Shown here: positions 37,167 to 45,365 of the stretch, piece by piece
Layout: each line of letters begins with the position of its first letter
Numbering within the stretch: position 1 is the stretch's first letter
Program-made: the position numbers and the translations under genes
The notes under the pieces: generated by a model
Database searches by the model: none
What the model saw: only the letters and a program-made list of their open reading frames with translations
Told to the model about the DNA's origin: nothing
From: a bacterium
Lineage (GTDB): Bacteria > Bacteroidota > Ignavibacteria > Kapaibacteriales > UBA2268
NCBI GenBank assembly: GCA_030431515.1
Contig: JAUIIX010000001.1
Span: forward strand, 67,008-131,007
Length of the DNA: 64,000 bases
Reading direction: 5' to 3'

Positions 37167-38000
37167 ATGACGTTTCAAGAATTTCTCGCATTTGAGATTT
37201 TTTCATTTAATAATTTTTCCTTTTCAGTATCTAATGTCTTAGCATTTATAGTAGTAATCGTAATCACTACTTTAGTAAGAATTGTTCTAAAACGAGTAAT
37301 CATGAATGCAAAAAAAGGCGAAGTAGAAGAGTATAAAAAATACTCAGTTTACCGATTAACCTCTTATGTATTATGGACAATAGGATTAGTGCTTGGATTA
37401 GAAGCTGCCGGAATAAGTGTAACAATATTATTAGCAGGGTCGGCTGCCTTATTAGTAGGTGTTGGATTAGGATTGCAACATACATTTAACGATTTAGTTT
37501 CTGGCTTAATACTACTATTTGAAGGGTCTATCAAGTTAAATGATGTAGTAGTAGTAGATGGACAATATGGTCAAATAATTGAAATAGGACTAAGAACTTC
37601 TAAAATAGAGACAAGAGATAATATAATAATGATAATTCCTAATTCAAAATTCATAACAGAAAATGTAACAAATTGGAGTTATAACAATAAGACAACTCGA
37701 TTCTTTGTAAATGTTTCAGTTGCTTATGGTTCTGATTTAGAATTAGTAAAAAAAATATTGTTAGAAGTATCAAAAGGAAATGAACAAATATTAAAAGATC
37801 CAAAACCAGTAGTTGAATTTAATAACTTTGGAGATTCCGGACTCTACTTCAATTTATATTTTTGGACAAACCATGCTTTCGAATCAAGAATGATACAAAG
37901 CAGTCTAAGATTTGAAATTGACAAAAGATTCAGAGAGAATAATATAACTATACCTTTCCCACAAAGAGATTTACATATTAAATCTGGATATAAGGAGTAG
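37167..38000 (+). CDS. Small-conductance mechanosensitive channel (MscS family)
   Basis: Three TM helices, then the MscS beta-domain motif: D.V...G..G.I.EIGLRTSKIETRDN..MIIPNSKF....V.NWS. Confidence 0.85.
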   Translation: MTFQEFLAFEIFSFNNFSFSVSNVLAFIVVIVITTLVRIVLKRVIMNAKKGEVEEYKKYSVYRLTSYVLWTIGLVLGLEAAGISVTILLAGSAALLVGVGLGLQHTFNDLVSGLILLFEGSIKLNDVVVVDGQYGQIIEIGLRTSKIETRDNIIMIIPNSKFITENVTNWSYNNKTTRFFVNVSVAYGSDLELVKKILLEVSKGNEQILKDPKPVVEFNNFGDSGLYFNLYFWTNHAFESRMIQSSLRFEIDKRFRENNITIPFPQRDLHIKSGYKE

Positions 38001-38008
38001 AGGCAATT

Positions 38009-38446
38009 TTATTTCACAGCGATAAAACTGATTTCGATGTTGGCGTTTTTTGGTAAACGACTGACTTCAACAGTTTCTCTTGCTGGTGGATTAGTAGGGA
38101 AATACTCTGCATAAACTTTGTTAAATTCAGCAAAATCTTCCATGTTTTTCAAGTAAACTGTTGCTTTCACTATGTTAGAAAAATTCATATTAGCTTTATC
38201 AAGAATAGCTTTGTGATTAGCCATTATTTGATTCATTTCATCTTCTACTGTCGATTCAATTAACATTTTTGTCTTAGGGTTAATTGCTATCTGCCCAGAT
38301 AAATACAAAGTATTATCAGCTAAAATTGCTTGAGAGTATGGTCCAATCGCTTCAGGAGCATCAGAACTTGATACAACTCTATTATTCTGATAATAAAACC
38401 AAGAAATAAATAGAGTTAAACTTACGATAAATAAAAGTACTTTCAT
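38009..38446 (-). CDS. ridA: RidA/YjgF family protein with an N-terminal hydrophobic (signal/anchor-like) extension
   Basis: Motifs AIGPYSQAI, LYLSGQI, V.ATVYL....F..FN.VY..YF and PARE.VEV..LP....IEI. About 25 extra hydrophobic residues lie at the N-terminus. Confidence 0.85.
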   Translation of the reverse strand: MKVLLFIVSLTLFISWFYYQNNRVVSSSDAPEAIGPYSQAILADNTLYLSGQIAINPKTKMLIESTVEDEMNQIMANHKAILDKANMNFSNIVKATVYLKNMEDFAEFNKVYAEYFPTNPPARETVEVSRLPKNANIEISFIAVK

Positions 38447-38461
38447 GTTTATTTCTAATTA

Positions 38462-39301
38462 TTAATAACTCTTTGTCATATCTGAATCAATTACAATAAT
38501 AAAATCTGCTAAACCAAAATTATCTTCTTTCAAATCATCAACATCTTCTTGCTCTACACAAGTTATAGTTAGAATTTTATAATCAGGATTTATTCTTTTT
38601 AAATACCAATTAATTCCTTCAAAATTATTTGAGTGGTATGCACCGTTTAAATGATAAAATCTATTATTGAAATTCTTATCAATAAAATACGCCATAGTTG
38701 CATCTTTAATAGCTTGGGATTGAGCAATATGAGGCATTCCGTGGTCTGCTCCCATACCTTCCATAGACTTATATCCTGGTAATTCGGGGTTGTATTCCAT
38801 AGGTAAAGGACAGATAAATCTTTTACCAAGTTCATCTATTTCATTAAGTGCTTCTTCGCCATTTCGAGCAAGTAAAGAAGCGTAACGTCTTGGTATATTG
38901 CTTGCTATAAATTTTAAATTATGCTTTTCTGCAAACTCTAAAATCATTGAATAATCAGTTTTAAAATTATTCCAAGTTTTAGCTTCTTTCTCAAGGTCTT
39001 TCATTCTTATCTTACCAGAAAGAAATTCATCAATTACAATTTGGTCATCTGCCTCGAACATTTCAGCACCTATGCTAAGTGTTTTATCCTCGGCATATAT
39101 GTTTTTTAGTAGCTTAATTTGTAAAAAGTGACTAATAGGATTGTTGTGTAATTCGCCAAATAAGATGATTTCATTTTCAAGAGATTGCTCTATCAAATCT
39201 TCAAAATCAAGCTCATCACCTTCTGCATCAAATATTTTATAAGCGTTTGCAGATATTACCATATTAAAAGAAATAAGTAGGAGAAAAATAAATTTTATCA
39301 T
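38462..39301 (-). CDS. ChaN-like (Tiki/ChaN haem-binding superfamily) periplasmic protein
   Basis: Has a signal peptide. Motifs ILFGELHNNPISH and IGAEMFEADDQ. The family call is from recollection of PF04187-type motifs. Confidence 0.65.
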   Translation of the reverse strand: MIKFIFLLLISFNMVISANAYKIFDAEGDELDFEDLIEQSLENEIILFGELHNNPISHFLQIKLLKNIYAEDKTLSIGAEMFEADDQIVIDEFLSGKIRMKDLEKEAKTWNNFKTDYSMILEFAEKHNLKFIASNIPRRYASLLARNGEEALNEIDELGKRFICPLPMEYNPELPGYKSMEGMGADHGMPHIAQSQAIKDATMAYFIDKNFNNRFYHLNGAYHSNNFEGINWYLKRINPDYKILTITCVEQEDVDDLKEDNFGLADFIIVIDSDMTKSY

Positions 39302-39391
39302 AAAAATTCTATTTTGTTTTTAATCTTTATGCAAATTTAATAAAACTATTTCTTTATTTTCTTTATAACTCCATTTATATTTGTTTTTATA

Positions 39392-39417
39392 TATAAAAAA
39401 AGGAGCCGAAGCTCCTT
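39392..39417 (-). terminator. Intrinsic terminator with a UUCG tetraloop (identical copy at 53372-53397)
   Basis: Minus strand: AAGGAGC-UUCG-GCUCCUU followed by a U-run. It lies just downstream of the stop of 39426..40046. Confidence 0.7.
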
Positions 39418-39425
39418 GAAAATTT

Positions 39426-40046
39426 TTATGGAAAACAAAGGGTTGGTAGTCGAAAACAACTCGAAGTATTACCAGGTGTTGGGTCGCTCGGGATAACAAG
39501 ACTCGGGCAATTAGCAGGATTTCCACTAACAGATGGACCACTAACAATAGTAAATTGTAACTTATTATTTGAGTCAACACAATAATCATATAGAGCATAG
39601 CAATAAACATCTTCATAATCACAATTTACATAATATATCTGACCTGCAACGTTTTCTTTCATCCAGCATATATATTCATAATAATTCAACTGCAATCTCT
39701 CACTTTCATCACAAGGTGGTATAGTCATTACTTTATTACAAGCATCATAGAGTTCTTGAATAAAGGATTCTGTTTTTATCTGAGAAGATAATTCATCAAA
39801 TATTTCGCTTGGTGTTAAAGAACTAGAACACGGAGGCAAAGCAGTCCAACCATGTATCCAAAATGATAAATCCGGACCAGTTGGTAAGCATCTATAACAG
39901 ACAACCACTTCTAAGCTGCATCCATCAACGACAAATATTTTGACATAGTCATAAGTGTACTGATCACCTTGACAATATATTCCCTGAGATTCTGCATGCG
40001 AATAAAACGATACAGATAATAAGAAAATTATTAGATATTTAAACAT
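39426..40046 (-). CDS. Secreted cysteine-rich protein of unknown function
   Basis: Has a signal peptide (MFKYLIIFLLSVSFYSHA) and at least 14 Cys in the ~190-aa mature region. No recognisable family. Confidence 0.6.
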   Translation of the reverse strand: MFKYLIIFLLSVSFYSHAESQGIYCQGDQYTYDYVKIFVVDGCSLEVVVCYRCLPTGPDLSFWIHGWTALPPCSSSLTPSEIFDELSSQIKTESFIQELYDACNKVMTIPPCDESERLQLNYYEYICWMKENVAGQIYYVNCDYEDVYCYALYDYCVDSNNKLQFTIVSGPSVSGNPANCPSLVIPSDPTPGNTSSCFRLPTLCFP

Positions 40047-40170
40047 AAAAACTCCTTAATATTTTAAAAAAAACTTATGCAAACCTATAAAAAAAAAAAA
40101 AACTTAGAAACAAAATAAATTTTTATTTTAAATAATTATTTTTTAAATTTGCAGTATAATCAAGGTATTT

Positions 40171-43100
40171 ATGTTAAAATTAATTTTAATAATCTTATTC
40201 ACTTCAAGTCTCTATTCTCAGAGAGAATACTATAATTGGTATTTTGGAGATTATCGTGCAATTACATTTAATACTCCTAACCTTAAACCTAAATTTTTAA
40301 ATGATAGTAAAAATATAAATGCTGTATGGGGATATCCTACATCCATATCAGATAAATTTGGAAACTTATTATTTACTATAGATAATTATTCAATTAAAGA
40401 CAAAAAACATAATGAAATTTATATTTTTAAAAGAGATTTAATAACAAATGTAAGAGAAGATAAAACTGTAAAGTTTTGTATTAAAAAACCTGAATCAACG
40501 AATTTATATTATGTTTTTATGCAATCTTGGTGGACTCAATCCACAAAATATCATATAAATAATGACTCAACTGATGGACTTTTCTATTGGGTATATGATA
40601 TAGATAAAGATGAATTAATTGAAAAAAATATTTTTATTGAAGATTCTTTATATTCAAATTTTGAAATAACATCTCATAAAAATGGAATAGATTTTTGGTT
40701 AATAACAAGTAATTATAAAACTGGTGATTTGTATTCATATCAAATTACAAAAGATGGAATAAGCAAAAATCCTGTTATTTCCTTAAACAACAATCTTTTA
40801 GATTCTGTTGTTCCATTTGAGATTACTATTTCACCAAATTCAAAAAAAATTGCAATTTCTTATTTCAATTATGATAATTACATGGGATATGCATTTTTGG
40901 CAGATTTTGATAATGAAAATGGAATTATATCAAATAAATCATTTATTAACACAGAATTAAAAGACCAGTATTATTTAGCTGCATACTCATGTGAATTTTC
41001 TCCAGATAATAGAAACTTATATTTTGCATATGCTGTAAGTAGTCCAACTGGTGGCAACTTCAATAAACTATATCAATATAGAATGTCTTCAAAGAATAAT
41101 CAGTTCAATTTAGATTCAACTTCACAATTTGTTTATAATTTTAAGCAATTTTATAATGTTGATATGGAATTAGGACCAAATGGGAAAATTTATATGCAAG
41201 GTAAAAATAATGATTATTTACTTTTTATTTCAAACCCTAGCAATCATTATTCTGCTATTAAAATTGATACGCTTTTCTTAGATACAGGTAAGCATAAAGT
41301 TAGATTACCAAAAACAATAAAATCGCTAAATTCCTTTCTAGCGATCAATCATTATCAAGAAATATGCGAATTTGAAGATTTAAAACTAAATGTTGATCCA
41401 ACTTATTTCATGTTAGATGTACTTTATTCTTGGGAAGGACCTAATGGTTTTTATTCAACTGAAAAAAATCCAATTATAGAAAATATTACAAAAGCTCAAG
41501 AAGGTTATTATAAAGTAAAAGTTTATAATTATTTAGATACTTTGATTGATAGCACATTAGTAACATTTAATGAAAGAACAGACATTGAGTTAATAAAAAG
41601 TAAAGAAATTTTATGTCCAAAGGATAGTTTGATTATATTTACAAAAGAAAACTTTGATATTTTGTGGAATAATAATATCACTTCAAAATCATTTACAGTC
41701 TATAATTCAGGAACTTATACTGCATCATATATTGATAGTAATAAATGTGAATCAACAAAGTCAATTATAATTGAAAAATATGACCTTAATCCCAAAATCA
41801 CCACTACCAAAAATCACTTTTGTTATGGTGATTCTACAACTCTTTCACTTGATAAGGATTATGATACAATAATTTGGAATACAGGAGAAAGTACAAAAGA
41901 TTTAATTGTAAAAGAAAGTGGTGTTTATTCCGCAACTGTTACTCAGGGTGAATGTATTAATGACACAAGTATTGTTATAAATGTTAATCCCTTACCAACA
42001 CTTGACATAGAAGCACCTAACGGAACAATCCTTTGCGATGACGGGAGCGTAGAAATTAATGTACAAGTTCCACCAAACACAAAAATACAATGGAATGACG
42101 GAATAAGTTTAGATAGTAGAACTTTCAATCAATCAGGTACTTATAGTATTACATCTGAAAATTTAACAACTGGATGCAAAAATACAAAATCAATAGAAAT
42201 TTCAGATATTGATAATTCAATCGCAAAAATATTAGGTAATTCTGCATTTTGCGACGGAGAAAGCACTACACTTACTATTCAACCACAAGGGAAATCATAT
42301 CTTTGGAACAACGGAGAAACTACTCAAAGTATAGTAATAAATAATAGTGGACTTTATTCTGCAACAATAACAACCGACACAGATTGCAAAATTGATGCAA
42401 ATATTGAGGTAACTAAAAACCCTATACCTACTTTTCAAATACTTGGAAAAACATTAATTTGCGATAATGAAACAACAATTTATCCAAATAAAGATTTTGA
42501 ATTTTATAAATGGTCAAATGGCGAAACATCAAAATCTATTACAATTGATAAATCAGGAAATTATGATTTAACTGTAATAGATAATAATGGATGTAAGGCA
42601 ACACAAAGTATTACAATAACAGAATTTACACCAGAAATTAATCTAAGTAATAGAAATATAGACTTTGGAGAATTGTTATTTGGAGACACAAAATTAGAAA
42701 ATATTTCATCAGAAAGAGATATAATTTTTATTAAAAATTCAAATATATTTGATGTTAATTTCCAAGACACAAATATAAATATATCTTTCAATCCAAAAGA
42801 CATAGGCGAATTTATTGATACCCTAATAATCGAAAACACAGGAGATTGCAAAGCACTTGACACAATTTACATACAAGGAATATGCAAAGCAGAAATCCTT
42901 GCAAAAGTAGGTAATTCCGAAGGTTATCCTGGTGATTTAGTAAATAATACAGTCAATCTTGAGTTACTTCAAAACATCCCATTACCCAAAGATTTTAATT
43001 ATGAAATAGACATCCAAATTAACCAAGATGCAATTAATATAATTGATGCGACTACATTTAATTATAAAAACAACAAACTTGAAATCAACATCGCAGACTA

Positions 43101-43527
43101 CTTAAATAAAACAAGTTACGATGAAAAAATAAAAGACATCAACTCAAAAATAATGCTTTCAAAAAACCTTGAAAACGAATTACTAATTACAAAATTTACA
43201 ACTGACAATCAACATTTAATCCCAATACGTCAAAACGGAAACATAAAAATATATGAAGTATGTTTATACGAAGCAAGATTAATCGAAAATTATAACGAAG
43301 CATTAATTGGAAATATCACAAAAACAAACATATCCCTAACAACATATTACGCAGGTAAATACACAATTGAAATTACCGACATATCTGGAAAAACAATCAC
43401 AAAAGAAGTAACAACAGCATCAGATAATGAAGAAATAATCTTCAATTACAACTTAACAAACGGAACATACATCATTAAAATCAACGAGCCTGGAAAAACA
43501 CAAACAAGAAAGATATTATTTAATTAA
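40171..43527 (+). CDS. Large secreted adhesin-like protein with five tandem Cys-bracketed Ig-like modules and a T9SS-type C-terminal domain
   Basis: Has a signal peptide. The ~70-aa modules each read C..(D/G)...L......W(N/S).G(E/I)(T/S)...I.V..SG.Y.....D...C. The C-terminal beta-sandwich tail reads GKYTIEITDISGK...NGTYIIKI. Confidence 0.75.
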   Translation: MLKLILIILFTSSLYSQREYYNWYFGDYRAITFNTPNLKPKFLNDSKNINAVWGYPTSISDKFGNLLFTIDNYSIKDKKHNEIYIFKRDLITNVREDKTVKFCIKKPESTNLYYVFMQSWWTQSTKYHINNDSTDGLFYWVYDIDKDELIEKNIFIEDSLYSNFEITSHKNGIDFWLITSNYKTGDLYSYQITKDGISKNPVISLNNNLLDSVVPFEITISPNSKKIAISYFNYDNYMGYAFLADFDNENGIISNKSFINTELKDQYYLAAYSCEFSPDNRNLYFAYAVSSPTGGNFNKLYQYRMSSKNNQFNLDSTSQFVYNFKQFYNVDMELGPNGKIYMQGKNNDYLLFISNPSNHYSAIKIDTLFLDTGKHKVRLPKTIKSLNSFLAINHYQEICEFEDLKLNVDPTYFMLDVLYSWEGPNGFYSTEKNPIIENITKAQEGYYKVKVYNYLDTLIDSTLVTFNERTDIELIKSKEILCPKDSLIIFTKENFDILWNNNITSKSFTVYNSGTYTASYIDSNKCESTKSIIIEKYDLNPKITTTKNHFCYGDSTTLSLDKDYDTIIWNTGESTKDLIVKESGVYSATVTQGECINDTSIVINVNPLPTLDIEAPNGTILCDDGSVEINVQVPPNTKIQWNDGISLDSRTFNQSGTYSITSENLTTGCKNTKSIEISDIDNSIAKILGNSAFCDGESTTLTIQPQGKSYLWNNGETTQSIVINNSGLYSATITTDTDCKIDANIEVTKNPIPTFQILGKTLICDNETTIYPNKDFEFYKWSNGETSKSITIDKSGNYDLTVIDNNGCKATQSITITEFTPEINLSNRNIDFGELLFGDTKLENISSERDIIFIKNSNIFDVNFQDTNINISFNPKDIGEFIDTLIIENTGDCKALDTIYIQGICKAEILAKVGNSEGYPGDLVNNTVNLELLQNIPLPKDFNYEIDIQINQDAINIIDATTFNYKNNKLEINIADYLNKTSYDEKIKDINSKIMLSKNLENELLITKFTTDNQHLIPIRQNGNIKIYEVCLYEARLIENYNEALIGNITKTNISLTTYYAGKYTIEITDISGKTITKEVTTASDNEEIIFNYNLTNGTYIIKINEPGKTQTRKILFN

Positions 43528-43536
43528 GGGAATAAA

Positions 43537-43968
43537 ATGAAAATTATTTTGATATTACTGATTTTTTTATTTTTTAGTGCAAAATCACAAGAAAAACTAG
43601 ATTCTACTAAATCTAAGAAAATAAAATTAAATCAATTAGACACTTTAAAATCTTCATTTTCTTCAGTTTTGACGGTTGAAAGAGATAGGAATTATTTATA
43701 TACTTATCCTCCATTTCCACATCCTTCGAAAGGCATTATTAAAATTAAAACTTATTGGGATCAAAATTTACCATTTACAACAGACGATATTGAAATTTAC
43801 AATATTAGTGGTCAATTAATTAAATCGAATAATACTTTAAAAATCGAATTCATAAATAATTATTCAGGCTATGTAGTTTGGAATGCAAGCAGTTTTAAAA
43901 ATGATATTTTTTTCATCAAGATAAAACATGGTACTGAAGTAAAATTTATTAAAATATTAGTTTTATAG
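43537..43968 (+). CDS. Small protein consisting essentially of a signal peptide, a linker and a T9SS C-terminal-domain-like module
   Basis: Sequence MKIILILLIFLFFSAKS..., then YPPFPHPSKGIIKIK...IEIYNISGQLI...IFFIKIKHG. No room for a cargo domain. Confidence 0.6.
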   Translation: MKIILILLIFLFFSAKSQEKLDSTKSKKIKLNQLDTLKSSFSSVLTVERDRNYLYTYPPFPHPSKGIIKIKTYWDQNLPFTTDDIEIYNISGQLIKSNNTLKIEFINNYSGYVVWNASSFKNDIFFIKIKHGTEVKFIKILVL

Positions 43969-44064
43969 TTTTATAAATATTTCAAAAATAAAAAACTTAA
44001 TAAATGCTATAACACTTCTTAATTAAAAGCATTTTTATTTTTTGCATTCAAGTCCTACTACAAC

Positions 44065-44256
44065 GGGGAAGAATAAAGGATGGGGTTCTCTCCAAAAATC
44101 TGGACACTTTTTTAGCCATATAGTAAGATTCCAGCTATAAGTTAATACCAAGTTACAAATTATTAGGAAATTCAAAAAAACTCAAGAAATGAATTTGTCC
44201 AGATTTTTGAGGTTTTCGTGAAATTCTAGTAGATTCCACACTTCGTTCAAAATGAT
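44065..44256. repeat. Fragments of the same repeat family seen at 25.1-25.9 kb, plus a 13-bp inverted repeat
   Basis: 44065-44092 matches 25527-25551. 44232-44256 is a reverse copy (20 of 25 nt) of the 26-nt motif at 25322. The inverted repeat is CAAAAATCTGGAC (44093-44105) / GTCCAGATTTTTG (44197-44209). Confidence 0.7.
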
Positions 44257-44271
44257 GATTTATTAAAAAAA

Positions 44272-45357
44272 TTAATTAGCTTTTTTTTCATTTAAACTGT
44301 AAACGTAAGCTAGTACTTCAGCAACAGCTTTGAATAAGTCTTCTGGAATATCTTGGTTAATATCTACGTTATAATATAAAGCTCTTGCAAGTGGTGGTTC
44401 TTCGTAAATAATTACATTGTTTTCTTTTGCTTTTTCTCTTATTTGTTGGGCAATGAAGTCAGCACCTTTTGCTATTACTTTTGGTGCAAACATATTAGAT
44501 TGATCATACTTGATAGCAACTGCAAAATGAGTTGGGTTAGTTATAATTACATCAGCATCTGCAACTGAGCTAATCATCGCTTTTCTTACTCTTTGTCTCA
44601 TTAAACTACGGAATTGACCTTTTACTTTAGGATCACCTTCCATTTGTTTGTGTTCATCCTTTACTTCTTGCTTAGTCATTTTCATATCTTCTTTGAATTT
44701 CCATTTCTGGTAGATATAATCACTAACGGCTATTAATATATAAACAATACCCATTTTGAGTAATATCTCTAATGCAAGTGAACTCATCAAAGATCCGATT
44801 TCCATATATGGTTTTTCAACCATTGATAATACATCTTCTATATTTCCATAAAGTGTAGAAATAATGATTGCACCAAGAAAACCGATTTTTGCGAAGTTTT
44901 TTACTAATTCAAATATTGATCGAGATGAAAAGAATATTTTTTTTAGACCAGCACCGATTTTGAAAATCTTTTTTAAATCTTCAAATTCTTCAAACTTTTT
45001 CCAAGCAACTTTTAGTCCTACTTGACTTACTTCTGATGTTAGAACTAAAAAGAATATAATTAGAATTACTGGTAATACTAAGCCAGCTACATATCCAATT
45101 ACTTTGGGATAATAACTGATGAAGTTTTCATAATTCATGTTAATTTGAGCAGAGTTTTGAAGGACTTGAGTCATAAAACTCATATAATTATTGATTAGAG
45201 GAATTCCAAAAACAAACACAGAAACCCCACCTATCAAAAGAACTACTGATGTTGTAACATCACTACTTTTTGATACTTGCCCTTTGTCACGACCGTCTTC
45301 GAGCCGTTTCCGTGTGGCGTCTTCGGATTTTTCTGAGCCGTCTTTATTCTCTGCCAT
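44272..45357 (-). CDS. flhB: Flagellar type III export apparatus protein FlhB
   Basis: N-terminal EKSEDATRKRLEDGRDKGQVSKS, four TM helices, the autocleavage motif NPTHFAVAI, and EEPPLARALY. Confidence 0.92.
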   Translation of the reverse strand: MAENKDGSEKSEDATRKRLEDGRDKGQVSKSSDVTTSVVLLIGGVSVFVFGIPLINNYMSFMTQVLQNSAQINMNYENFISYYPKVIGYVAGLVLPVILIIFFLVLTSEVSQVGLKVAWKKFEEFEDLKKIFKIGAGLKKIFFSSRSIFELVKNFAKIGFLGAIIISTLYGNIEDVLSMVEKPYMEIGSLMSSLALEILLKMGIVYILIAVSDYIYQKWKFKEDMKMTKQEVKDEHKQMEGDPKVKGQFRSLMRQRVRKAMISSVADADVIITNPTHFAVAIKYDQSNMFAPKVIAKGADFIAQQIREKAKENNVIIYEEPPLARALYYNVDINQDIPEDLFKAVAEVLAYVYSLNEKKAN

Positions 45358-45365
45358 TGCTGTCC

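Noticed and set aside
39320-39622. A 100-aa ORF overlapping the 3' end of the Cys-rich protein gene and the terminator
   Set aside because: It overlaps the better-supported 39426..40046 ORF in another frame and runs through the UUCG terminator hairpin. Its translation is hydrophobic and low-complexity.
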